A DNA stretch of 64,000 nucleotides from Antedon mediterranea (Eukaryota; Animalia; Echinodermata): contig NC_092676.1 in the NCBI RefSeq assembly GCF_964355755.1, positions 28,042,871 through 28,106,870 of the forward strand, read 5' to 3'. The notes below the pieces were generated by a model, which was not told the DNA's origin, ran no database searches, and saw nothing but the letters and a program-made list of their open reading frames with translations. This document shows positions 27,557 through 40,300 of this stretch, piece after piece. Positions within the stretch are counted from its first letter, which is position 1; each line of letters begins with the position of its first letter. Both the position numbers and the translations under genes were made by a program.

Positions 27557-29516
27557 ATGGGACAAACATTGGCTACAGAGAGGTCGTCGGGTATTGTAAA
27601 AGCATTCAAATCTGTCAAAGGTTTTGTACAAAGTCAGGCAATCTCATTACATCAAGTTGCAACTCTCAAGTATGAAGATTTTGTGGATGCAGTTGATAAC
27701 TTAAATAAAGTGTGAGTTTCTGATTGATGCTAACAATTTTAGAAAGTGTTCTAATGAGGCTTGTTTAACATTAAAAACAATGACATTAATTTATTACCGA
27801 AAAGGTAACAAAACTATATGCAATCGGTTGACAATCGGTTGACAGTCGGTTAAAGCATGGAGGTATAAATAAAGAGTAAAATCAATAAAAATTCAAATTC
27901 AAAATAATAGTTATTTCCTTCATTCATAAACATAATTTCAATATACAACATGAAGGAGGCACAGATTTCAAGAAGCAAAGCTTGTGCTAATAGTGCCAAC
28001 AGAAAAAATCAATCAAAAATGACAATTTAAAAACAAAAATAATCTATAAAATATTTTTATTACTGTAGTATCTGTTTTTCCACAAATAGTGTATATTATG
28101 TATATTTAGTAAAACAGTATGATAGTGATACAATACTCAATTGGAAGTTTATAGACTACCTAGTGCAATCAATAACCAATAATCAATTCTATATTGATTT
28201 TTGACACAGTACCAGTGATGTGAGTGATTCAAGTGGAAAGGGTTTAGTGTTCGCTATCAAATGTCATTCTGATGACACTGTTTTGTGGAAGAAAACTGTC
28301 CGGATAAATTGCTTTAAGGTATGAAGGTACAAAGTCCATTCCATAGATATGAAGAATCACTTGTTTGATGAATAAAGCCTGTAAACCATGTATCTTGTCC
28401 CATGTAGAATCTGTATCTATCTTAAACGGAAACTGAGGTCCGCTCCGTGCTTTGTGCAAATATGGTCATAAGGAATAACATAGATTGTATATTTGTTTAC
28501 CATTATCACTCGTCTGTGTAAATTATGGTATTTGTTTGTATAGGTTGACTTAACAAGTGGACAGATTTTGTCAACGAGAGAACTGAGTCTACGGCAGTTT
28601 ATCACGGTATTTGAGAGTATACCTCAACAAATTCAAGCTATTAAAGATGAACAGAACATGATGATACAATCAACTTCATCACATGAACCTCAAATTCCAG
28701 CAGATAGCAGTCCACCTCCTGAATTATGTGTGTCTACTTTATTCCTTAAGTATGATTACTCATTTGTTCAATTGGTATTAATTCTCAATTTAAAGTAGAA
28801 TCTCTTGCTGTATCTATAATGTCTCCAGTGATACAGTGTCACATATGTATCACATTGCCTGTATCATTTATTTCTCTGTTTTTTCTTCTTCAGTATTGAC
28901 CAAATTTCAAAGGAAGCAGATGACAATGAATGCTGTATTTGTCTAGATAATAGGTCAGAGGTCATTCTGAGCTGTACACATAGTTATTGCCAAAAATGTA
29001 TTGATCAGTGGTACGTACTTTGGGCCATATGTACATTAAGCTCTATCTACACTATCAAACTAGATTGACCAAATATGGTAGTGATATGCTTAAATATGGT
29101 AGTTATATTACATCATCATGTCCGTATATGGGCACCTCTCATTTTTTGTTTCCATAAAGTTTGATAGTGTAGACAGAGCTTTAGGCAGTATTGCTAGTCA
29201 CATGTGGGAAAGGGTGGTGGAAAAGGCCTTCATGGGAGAGGGTGTGGTCGAAGATTAAAATCTAGTCCAGGAAGAGGATAAGGAGTACATTCACATTTTT
29301 AAAATAAAACTTTTAGCACTCTATATATTAATTTTATTTAGCTAAAAAAATTCACTATTTTCTAGGAAAAGAAAACATAGCACTTGCCCACTGTGTCGGG
29401 ATGAGACCGGTGGAGTGGAGGATGTATGGGTAATGTCCAACAAACCAGATGATAAGGAGGTCGCAAACTACGTCGTTGGAGTCGCAGATCCGGCCGAAAA
29501 ACTAGATGTAGGCTAA
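27557..29516 (+). CDS. RNF141: RING finger protein 141 ortholog (C3HC4 RING, N-terminal MG myristoylation motif), 5 coding exons
   Basis: Exons 27557-27711, 28210-28318, 28544-28749, 28894-29010 and 29366-29516 are GT-AG with consistent phases. Translation MGQTLA...LKYEDFVDAVDNLNKV...LWKKTVRINCFKVD...LSLRQFI...DDNECCICLDNRSEVILSCTHSYCQKCIDQWKRKHSTCPLCR...VWVMSNKPDDKEVANYVVGVAD follows the RNF141 motifs along its full length (recognised from memory). Confidence 0.92.
29039..29180. mobile_element. MITE family A copy in an RNF141 intron
   Basis: Family A TIR pair with a TTA/TTA target duplication. Confidence 0.88.
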
Positions 29517-29658
29517 TATAATTTGAATGCATGGATAGTAGTACTCTGAAGTTTGGCAATAAGGTGAATATATTAATATGTATTAATATGAATATTATGA
29601 TATACACAAAATATACAGTATAAACGATATTGTATTTCAATATCAATCATGTATATTC

Positions 29659-29830
29659 AGATAGTCGCATTATGGTAAGGGATCAGACTAGCATGTAGAG
29701 GAATGGGTTCAAGCATATTGATTGTGTCCTTAGGCAAGATGCTCTACTCTCATTGCCTTGTCCTTCAGATTGGACGTAAAGTCATGGGGTCATGTGTACA
29801 TAGTACATGTAAAAGAACTTGGTACACATC
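29659..29830 (+). mobile_element. tRNA-derived SINE in the RNF141 3' UTR
   Basis: A-box-like TATGGTAAG and B-box-like GGTTCAAGC are followed by TGTGTCCTTAGGCAAG..CATTGCCT, the conserved central-domain type seen in metazoan SINEs. Confidence 0.6.
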
Positions 29831-32133
29831 GTCTCGTGTGTCTAAGCAGTTAAACTTCATGTATCTTATTTACATTACTGTCAATGCATATATAAAATAT
29901 TGTAATAAAAAACAATATGAATATTATAATTTATTTCAATAAGCGTGAAATGTGTGTGTGTGGAATATTTAATCTGTATAATTCTAAATAGTGACATTTT
30001 GTTATTTAAATTAAATTTTCTGTACCTTCATGAAAAAAATAAGTGGAATTATATGAATTATGTTACAGTACTATACATAGTTTGAAAACAATTGTACAGT
30101 TTGGCCTCTTGACCGTTATTGACCGTTAGTGGAAGTTAAGAATGTCCAGTGGCAGAATGCATTTAAGATAGTGGAAAGGAGGTAGTTCCATATCAACTTT
30201 CTAATTTTTTTTTATAGTTTGTCGTTTTCAGTTAACATTGGTTGATTGTGTTATATCTAAATCAAATATAGATTCAATTTATTTTTAATTTCAATTGGTC
30301 ACAATTTTATATAAAAGCAGTATTTTGTTATTAAATATTATAGTTTATTTGAATATGTTAATGTAATTAATATTAGTAACTTTTATATATTATTAAGATT
30401 ACAAGTTGAAGTAATACAATGTTCTTAAATAAACTTATACTTATTTTATTTATTCCAATATTTTCAAGGATATATCTTAGCCTTAAGTCACAAGTGTTTT
30501 AGTTTGTGTATATATTATTCAGGTATAAAAAAACATTGTATAATTTGAAATGTTTACCAAACAATATTCTGCATGTTTAGGCATTAAATAATAGGGCTAA
30601 ATCATCTTACATATCATGTATGATTCTATCAAACGTTTGCAAGGTTTTGATGAATCACATTTGACCTTTGGCCTAATGGTAACATGTTAGCGGCAACTTG
30701 AAAGTTTTTTATTTAATATTGAGTGCTTAAATATTATATTATGAACTATATAATAATTCATAAATTAAAACTATAATATCGTACTATTATATCTGTCTTA
30801 ACATATTTATGTCAAAAACTAAGTACAGTAATAATATTTAAGATGTATTGTCCCCAAAAAACATGAAAAATGAAGTTTAATAAATTTAACTTTGTTAGTT
30901 AATGACGTAAAGAAAAAAAAATGAAAAAAAAAATTATGTTTTCACTAAATAAAAGTTCAACCAAAACCCATTGACTGGCAGCCAATTTAAATTTTTTTTC
31001 AATGTAATTTTTGGTCAAAGTGAATAATTATTTTGTGGCATTAAAATGGCATATTCAGCCAAAAAAATTACAATACATCTTTAAACATAGTATCACAGTG
31101 GATAGAATATTAATTAAAAAACACCATAAGGTTACGAGTAGGAATTTTAATTTAATCAAACTGTATAGCATAATAACAAAGACAGGCCATTTATGAATAT
31201 CAATGCTATTATTGGTATTTAATTTATCTACCTTATTTTTAAAAGGTTATCCGGTACTAATAAATAATTATGAATACTGCCCTCTATAGTTCATTAACAC
31301 GTCATAAAGGTACTAAGAAGAACAGTATAAAGTTAAAGGACGAATTTTAATCTGATTTTTCAATCGTGTAATGTAAAGAGTAATTGTTCTGTGGCTTCCG
31401 TCCAATTGGGCCAAAGCTATGCCTTAAGATAGCAGATACCATTATCACTGTGGGTATTGCCTCACCTTTTTGTTCGTAGTTATACTTTCGTAGGAGGAAT
31501 CTTACTATTTTTTATTTGCCAAATATAATTAGGCCTATTAGGTCTTCTTTATTAACTTATATTCGATGTATTTGTTTTATAGTCTTCGTATATATAAGCT
31601 ATTACGTTAATTTTATTTTTATAATACATGTTTGCAGATTGATATAGGCGCGTAAGTATATACTCTATATTATGGGTAAATTGGGATACGTTGAAATAGA
31701 AAAATAAAGGCGGTACTTAAACATGAAGTTGTCTGTTACTTTATTTCTATACCTGTTGTTGACTATGTTAATATCTTTAAAACTTTTGTCGACATTCGTA
31801 CGTAGGCCTAGACGTGCCCAAAGTCTGTAGTTATTTGGAGGCTTTTCGACTGTTTGTCAGAAATAAAGCTCAAGTATTATACGTATGAAACGCCATTTGC
31901 GCCAAAATATTGATCTTTTTCAAAAGCTCCGTCTAGAACTCAGACTAACGTAGGCCCTAAAGGCCACCGAAATAGACCATTTGCCTTCACCATGAGGTCG
32001 TGGTATTAACGCAATGATTAACTTTTTATCGAAATTAAAACATACAAACAGGCCTAGATACAATGCAATAAAATAAATCGTCATAACCGATAAAGAAGAT
32101 GTGGGGGTCACCACAAGACGCGTTTCCAACGGC

Positions 32134-32147
32134 GTTTCCTTAGCAAC
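32134..32147. promoter_or_regulatory. RFX X-box-like site upstream of the small membrane protein gene
   Basis: GTTTCCTTAGCAAC, followed by a second half-site GTTGCTA, in a CpG-richer patch ~600 bp upstream of the ATG. Confidence 0.45.
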
Positions 32148-32750
32148 CGTTGCTATTTTGCCTGTGTTTATTCCGCCATATGGCTCTCATTTTCATTCGG
32201 GTCACGTTCTCCTCTTTGCCGAATTCAAACTTTTTGTTTCTTTTTGTAACTTTCCGTAAACTGAAAACTTTTCTTTAATTTGTTCGCAAGGTTATTTTTT
32301 AGAATAATAATTGACGTTCATAGACGCAGTAAAACCAGACATATATAACTAATATCGAGTAATGGCGAGTTTTAATTTGGTTACAAAGTGATGTGTAACG
32401 CGTCAACCATACGTTTCTTCGTCTCACATTACACCCCTTCGGTTGTCTTCGACCTCCGAGTGTCTAAACACCATTATACCAACGCGTTATTCTTTACTCC
32501 ATGGTTCTGGGCCTATCTAATGACAGTAAAGGCACAATATTACCTTTTGGTTAATGGTTCGGGCAGAGCTGCATAGGTAAATAACGTTTAAATAACTCAT
32601 ATTATTATTTCTTTCCGTTAATTTTGTGAAGTTCTCTCTCAGCAGAGAAGATATTGTGGAGATCGAGTGGTGTCTTCGCAGCAATTGTGTTTGTGTGTAG
32701 GCCTACTTACTGTTGTGTATCCAATCACATTATTTGATTGTACTGACAAC

Positions 32751-35700
32751 ATGACAAGTTTACGTTTGATTGTCGGTACTTTGATGTTGTTCTTAAAAAC
32801 AGGTAATATTATAAGTATTTTATTTAGTAATATAAACACCGTACTTAAGTAGGCCCGCATGCAATAATTTTACAGTAGCCTATAGGCCGTAAGTTAATAT
32901 TTAACCATAATCATTGCATTAACTTAGAAAGAAGAAAAAGTCAATTTTGTTTAGATTTCCCAGGAACAATATTTCATATCATGAGTGAGGGATGTTGTTG
33001 GGTGGGGTGAGGGATGTTGTTGGGTGGGGTGAGGAATGTTGTTGAGTGGGATGAGTGGGATGAGTGAGGGCCCGGGATGTTGTGAGGTAAGGGATGTTGT
33101 GGGGTGGGGTGAGGTATGTTGTTGAATGGGGTAAGGATGTTGTTGGGTGGAGTGAGGGATGTTGTTGGGTGGAGTGAGGGATGTTGTTGGGTGGGGTGAG
33201 GGATGTTGTTGGGTGGGGTGAGGGATGTTGTTGGGTGGGGTGAGGGATGTTGTTGGGTGGGGTGAGGGATGTTGTTGGGTGGGGTGAGGGATGTTGTTGG
33301 GTTGGGTGAGGGATGTTGTTGGGTGGGATGAGGGATGTTGTTGGGTGGGATGAGGGATGTTGTGGGGTGGGATGAGGGATGTTGTGGGGTGGGGTGAGGT
33401 ATGTTGTTGGGTTGGGTGAGGGATGCTGTTGGGTGGGGTGAGGGATGCTGTTGGGTGGGGTGGGGGATGTTGTTGGGTGGGGTGAGGGATGTTGTTGAGT
33501 GGGGTGAGGGATGTTGTTGAGTGGGGTGAGGGATGTTGTTGAGTGGGGTGAGGAATGTTGTTGGGTAGGGTGAGGGATGTTGTTGGGTAGGGTAGCTTGC
33601 TTAAAATTACAAATAACTTCTAAAATTAACCTGCTGTTATATATTGCCATCAAGACACACACTGTTTTTATTTTTAGCTTACGTTATCGCGCAATCAGAA
33701 ACTGAAACGATTACTTTTGGAACAGCTACTAGTAGTACAGCACTCACGGAAAGCACTAACGGTAAGTACCCGCTCCTGGTTGTTTTGATATATACTGTAC
33801 ACATATAGACCGAAGGATAATGTAATAATCAGCTGCTACTATAAACCATGGAGGTATAAACCCTCCATGTATAAACCTATATTAATCTATGATGCGTTTG
33901 AACTAAGATCAAATATTTCTTTCTCCGTCCCAAGTAGGCCGAAAGTTTATTCTGGTTGCTAGGCCACCCCTATTCACTTCTGATACACTTAAAACATAAG
34001 AATTATGCTCACTTACTTTTAGTTCTCCTAATCCATTTCTCATCTGGTCAGTGGTAGTAGATATATATCCTAAATATAATACAAAACATCACGTTCGTTT
34101 CACTACTGTATCATACTATTGTTGTAGCAGACACCACACAACGGTATTTTTAAATGTGTGTAAAAGCGTAAGATAAGAAGACACATTTACATACAGATTG
34201 CAATTTCAGTATGCAAATGTATACGAGTTGTGCAGTTCACAGCCGTGTATCGGGTGGTAGCATTTTACGAGATCAGGTAGCATTATACGAGTTCGACTGC
34301 AAGGTTTTGCGTAACGATTTAATATACTATTCATTTTGCCATTTACTTTTTGCGCGCTTCAATCTGTTCTTACTTTTCACAAGGCGTCCGTTTTTTGTAC
34401 ATCGTCATGTGCAAGTTAGAGGCTAATTCACTCGCTCATCCCTAGTTTGAAACTGGCATTTCAGGAAAAAAGACGGATCCGTGATTTCTCACTCCTGTCT
34501 ACGCGCTTCCTTCCATTCGTGCGCCAATAATACGGAACAAATCATTGTTAAATGTTGTTGGGTGGGGGTTGAGGGATGTTGTTGGGTAGGGATGCTTGCT
34601 TAAAATTACAGATAAATTCTAAAATTAACCTGCTGTTATATATTGCCATTAAGACACACACTGACACGGTTTTTATTTTTAGCTTACGTTACCGCGCAAA
34701 CAACAAATGCATTGACTATTTATGAAACAGTTACGACCAGTACAGCACTCACGGGAAGCACTAACGGTTAGTACCCGCTCCTGGTTGTTTTGATATAATA
34801 TAGGCCTACACATACAGACCGAAGGAATACAGAGTATAACGATAATCAGCTGCTACTATAAACCATGGAGGTATAAACACTCCATGTATAAACCTACACA
34901 AATCTATGATGCTTTTGAACTACGCTATACAATATTTCTTTCTCCGTCCCAAGTAGGCCGAAAGTTTATTCTGGTTGCTAGGCCACCCCTATTCACTTCT
35001 GATATACTTAAAACATAAGAATTATGCTCACTTACTTTTAGTTCTCCTAATCCATTTCTCATCTGGTCAGTGGTAGTAGATATATATCCTAAATATAATA
35101 CAAAACATCACGTTCGTTTCACTACTGTATCATACCATTGTTGTAGCAGACACCACACAACGGTATTTTTAAAAATGTGTGTAAAAGCGTAAGATAAGAA
35201 GACACATTTACATACAGATTGCCATTTCAGTGTGCAAATGTATACGAGTTATGCAGTTCACAGCCGTGTATCGGGTGGTAGCATTTTACGAGATCAGGTA
35301 GCATTATACGAGTTCGACTGCAAGGTTTTGCGTAACGATTTAATATACTATTCATTTTGCCATTTACTTTTTGCGCGCTTCAATTTGTTCTTACTTTTCA
35401 CAAGGCGTTCGTTTTTTGTACATCGTCACGTGCTAGTTAGAGGCTAATTCACTCGCTGATCCCTAATTGGAAATTGGCATTTCAGGCAAAAAGACGGATC
35501 CGTGATTCCTCACCCCTGTCTACGCGCTTCCTTCCATTCGTGCGTCAATAATACGGAACAAATCAATGACAATTTTGTTTCTCCGTTTTTTCTTCTAAAT
35601 TTTGTTTTTATTAGAACCTACGCCAGCACCGGATACTACAGCAAACGACGAAGATGACGACTTGCTGCTAGGGATAGCGATAGGAGCTGGTGCTGTTTTA

Positions 35701-35838
35701 GGGGTCGTAATCATAGCATGTGTTGTTTTTCTGGTTGCACTTCGTTTACACGCTATGAAAAAGAGAAGAATAGCATTGTCACCACCGGACACACAACCAC
35801 TTGAAGTGAAAAATGAACAATCAGCAGAACAACCGTAG
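32751..35838 (+). CDS. Small mucin-like type I membrane protein (signal peptide, Thr/Ser-rich ectodomain, one TM helix, short basic tail), ~147 aa if all four exons are used
   Basis: Exons 32751-32802 (MTSLRLIVGTLMLFLKT), 33678-33761 (AYVIAQSETETITFGTATSSTALTESTN), 34683-34766 (AYVTAQTTNALTIYETVTTSTALTGSTN) and 35615-35838 (EPTPAPDTTANDEDDD-LLLGIAIGAGAVLGVVIIACVVFLVAL-RLHAMKKRR...*). All junctions are phase 1 GT-AG. Confidence 0.72.
32985..33592. repeat. 22-bp G-rich intronic minisatellite
   Basis: About 27 copies of GAGGGATGTTGTTGGGTGGGGT. It accounts for the spurious 227-aa ORF at 32979-33662. Confidence 0.95.
33570..35564 (+). repeat. ~1.0-kb tandem segmental duplication containing an 84-nt exon
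   Basis: 33570-34545 and 34570-35564 are nearly identical (compare ORFs 34211-34426 and 35232-35447). Each copy begins with remnants of the 22-bp minisatellite. Confidence 0.95.
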
Positions 35839-37360
35839 TAGCAGATGTGAGATATGTCATTCTCTCTGAGAGCTGAATATAGTAGGGTCTATATCGTGGG
35901 TGGAGGATTCGTCCAACATGATGTAATGTATATTTAGGTTCATTTTAATATAAAGATTTCCTGCCCTCACCAAACAGACTGTGTCAAACCAAGGCAATCT
36001 AACAACATGACACTGAGTTCGCCTTGTCAAGATAGGAACTCGTAACAGTCGTTTGATCTTATGGCTGGCAAATACCAATAATACTGTACTATGCGGCGGC
36101 GAGTGGTTTCTGTTAATGGGCGGGGAACTGATCGTGTCGCAGCCACAGATAAACCCTTCGATCTCCGAAGCTCAGAATCCTGTTGTTAGATTGCCTAGGT
36201 CAAACAAAGATGTAAGTAAGATTGCCGTGTCGCATGTGCTGCTCATAGACAAGACAATCAAGTAAACATGCCATTTTTATTTTACTTTGAACTAATTTAT
36301 TTTGTAATACAAGATAAATATAATAATTCATATGCTTTATTGTAATTTTTTCTACTGCAAGATTGACAAAGGTCAGCTCAAAGGTCAACAAAAAGTTGTC
36401 ATACGTTGTTTTGTATCAATAGAGTACCTTCTAATCCCAATCACTGTGCTTTTTACCAAACCTTAATGACGATATTAATAGTGCCTGTGTTTGTAATAAT
36501 TATGAAAAATATAATTTTATAAAGCTAGGGGACTGATTTCGATGATTGTGCCAAACAGCTTCAGAATGTAAATAATGTGTTTTAGTTTTACTAAGGTTGA
36601 TACGTATGCGTACGTAGTTGGCACGCGCGTACAAAAGTCGATCATTTATATCGACAGATGAACGCGCGCATCAATGTTGTGTATCTTCGGTGGCAAGGCA
36701 ATCTTATATACCTAGTACTTCTTGTATTTACTTGTTACTATATGCTTTGTATCCGATTTTAATGCATACCAACAAACAATAATCTGTGCCAAAATACAAG
36801 CATTTCACTTAAATAGTCATGTGTACATTTAAAATGGTGATATTAAAATAATATACTATTGTATTTCAAACATCTATTTATGTTTTATTTTGTTTTATAA
36901 TAGATCATCAATAATATAAAATACAACTATAATTGTAAAATACAACCTGAGAACACAATATTACTTTACAATATTGCGCAATACTGACAATTAAATTTAT
37001 AAATACTTATTGCATAGGACTATTACTACATCAAATACTCATCAACGAATTTTGTGAGGTTTACGTACGTTTTAAAGCGTTACGGTACTAATCTGTTAGT
37101 GCATAGTGCTTTTATTACCGCCTTTCTGACAAGGCTACGCTCGTAAGACCAGTGGAACTACCCACACGAGATAAGGTTGATCGCAAAAAGCGTGCGCGAC
37201 GCATGTTGGGAAGCAAACGTCACGAAGCGTAATTACGTGATTTGTTGTTTGTACGTACGTACGCGTCGTCGTGACGTTTGCTCCCAAACCCTTTCCATCA
37301 TGCATTGTGCAATGACGTTCCTCGCGAAATCAAGCTATTTGCGATAAACCTTATAGCCGT

Positions 37361-40300
37361 TTATCTCTGTACGTTTTCCTTTGAAGGCGTTGGCGACACT
37401 TGCTTACGTTTCTTGACTTTAGTCATGACGATTACACAAGCGATAATGACGATGATGAAAGCGGCTACAATGACAACGCTGACTGCAATGATCGTGGCCG
37501 TTGAGGCATCGTCTTCGTCATCTGTGTAATCATAGACATATATAGATTAGTACAAATAATATACAAAAAATCGGGATTAATGAATACATTAAATATATAC
37601 CAGTCATGTAAAGCTTACCTGCATCCTCCACGTCAAGGTCATTCGTTTCGTCACCACCATTCTCCTCCACTTGTCCTCCGGGTGATTCCGTACCTACAGA
37701 CGCGTCGTACGCTAGAACATAAAATCGGTGGATGTTGATCATAATTTTTATTTTATTACATCTCACATGATCACAAGATAGCTATATTTTGTTCTTACTG
37801 TACTCGAACTGCCTGTTAGTATAATACTATACATTCTTTCTTTATTTATTCCCATTCATCACGCATAATCATAAATACGAGGCGTGGCCCAGACTAAAAC
37901 AAACGTTGTTTTAGATACTTCATAATTCCATAATCCATAAACTTTGGTTAGTTTGGTGTAAAATCATACATACCTCCGACTGTTCCTCCCCCGGCTGTTC
38001 CTCCTCCGACTGTTCCTCCTCCGACTGTTCCTCCTCCGGCTGTTCCTCCTCCGGCTGTTCCTCCTCCGGCTGTTCCTCCCCCGACTGTTCCTCCTCCGGC
38101 TGTTCCTCCCCCGGCTGTTCCTCCTCCCACTGTTCCTCCTCCCACTGTTCCTGTTACCTGTTCTTCGATGTCTTCAACCGCGACTGTAAACTCAGTCAAG
38201 TGTGTAGCCATACAAGTAACCAGCCGCTTGTCGTCAGAGATGGTCGTCTCAATGCCGTCCTTCTTCCATGTCCATGTATTTTTGTCCATGTACTTGGCTA
38301 CCGCTCTCTTTCCTTCTGGTATTTCATCACGGATTGGTATAACGATAGTCACCGGGGTCTCAAGATCGCTAACATCAAGCTCTTCACCTGTTTAATATAG
38401 TTAATATTAAATCAAACAACATGACAATACGGTACTCTGCCATAATGTCAGTACGGTACTCTGCCATAATGTCAGTACGGTACTCTGCCATAATGTCAGT
38501 ACGGTACTCTGCCATAATGTCAGTACGGTACTCTGCCATAATGTCAGTACGGTACTCTGCCATAATGTCAGTACGGTACTCTGCCATAATGTCAGTACGG
38601 GACTCTGCCATAATGTCAGTACGGTACTCTGCCATAATGTCAGTACGGTACTCTGCCATAATGTCAGTACGATACTCTGCCATAATTTCAGTACGGTACT
38701 CTGCCTTAATGTCAGTACGGTACTCTGCGATAAAGTCAGTACGGTACTCTGCCATAATGTCAGTATATATCAATTGACATGGTTCGTTTTTCCCACTGTA
38801 TTGCAAGCAATAAGCAAATGTGATCTTAAATCATACATTCTAAACATTGGTGAATTTACAGTAACAGTAACGCAACATACGCCACGTAAGAAAATTCCCT
38901 TCCAATAATTGTGTTTTCCCCCGTCTTCGTCAGTTTCCATTTTTGATTACGCAATACAGCACTTTGCGTCAATACGTCGCTGCGTTGCGTTGCATCGCTA
39001 GTGGGAAACACGCTTAATGGTAGCCTAGGGCTTTAGATAGTGGGAAACATCAGCGATCAGCGTATGTGTTCTATAAATCCAATTGTGCACACATATTTTA
39101 AAACTGTGTATACAACAAGACCCCACCTGCCATGAGCTATCAAATACGAGACCCTACCTGTCTCCGGATCAGCAAGAGCTACATCAATGACGTCAGCAAT
39201 AAGTGTCTGTGCGTCTTCTACACTGACAGATGTATAGTCAATTGTGTACTGCAACATCTTTACGCTCACGTCTGAACAAGTCTTGCCGTCTGCGCATGCC
39301 CAGTCTGTACCGTACCTGAATACGTGAACACAATTTTAATCACAGTTGAGTAACGGCTATGCGCGCTCACATACTAAACCCAGGTGGCCCAGAGCTTATA
39401 GGGGCCTCTGAGAAGTTCATGCCCAGAGAAAAAACAGGCATTAAAATATGTGGAAAATGGCTGAAAACGCCCGAGGCCTCCAGCGTTGGAGGGTTCCCAA
39501 TCCAAGGGCCTCAGGCCTCTGCGTTATGCCACTGCATTCTCAATGTGTTTCTATACTGAGGTCACTGACAGAGCTACGATGTTAAAGTTCTATACCTTAT
39601 CTTTACCACTTGTTTATCATCATTACTAAGCCAACTGTCGTCCCATTGTTGTAATTTGTATCATTTATATTTATTATTCTGATTCATGATTATCCCTCTA
39701 TAAAAAAAAATTTCACTAATCACTTGCAAGAGGTCTAACTTACTTTTCTCGCAATGCATTACCAAAGTTGACAGAGATAGAACCTTCTCCAGAATGGGAT
39801 TGCACAGTTTCCGTCAGTTGTGTCCTCATGATGCTGATTTTACTGTCGCTAGTCTCCTTTTCGAACTTCTCACCGAAAGCTAACCCTCGCAATATTTCCT
39901 TAGAAACCGATTGCCGCGCCAACCTAAAATAAAGAAAGCATTTCTTGGATGTCATTTAAGAGAGTGTATACGTTTCTGCACATTTTGACTCTGACGCTGT
40001 ATTCAATCCCTGCAGTATAGCTTCGTTTAAGCTGCAAATGGATCAATGCACCAAGCTGTATCTTCAAGAAAGATAGTGTGTGATAGATTCAAGTATTTAG
40101 AAGATACATGTTGACATGCGTTTGTGTGTGGGTTCGTCGTCCACATGTTATACGGTAGTTCATCATTCATCATCGTGTGTTTCTTCACAATCTATCAATT
40201 TATTCATACTTACAAAACCTGTTCTAATACACACTACACGACATGCCGAAGCGGCCGGCACACTAGATATGATCATGTGTGCAATGTATTGTATACAAAG

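Noticed and set aside
32979-33662. 227-aa Pro/His/Thr ORF
   Set aside because: It is a translation of the 22-bp intronic minisatellite, whose unit length is not a multiple of 3.
34023-34143. Possible micro-exons within the duplicated unit
   Set aside because: Splice sites are weak. One candidate breaks phase and the other gives an implausible peptide.
38384-38806. AEYRTDIM repeat ORF or CRISPR-like array
   Set aside because: Head-to-tail 24-bp minisatellite inside an intron, with no unique spacers, no cas genes and a eukaryotic context.
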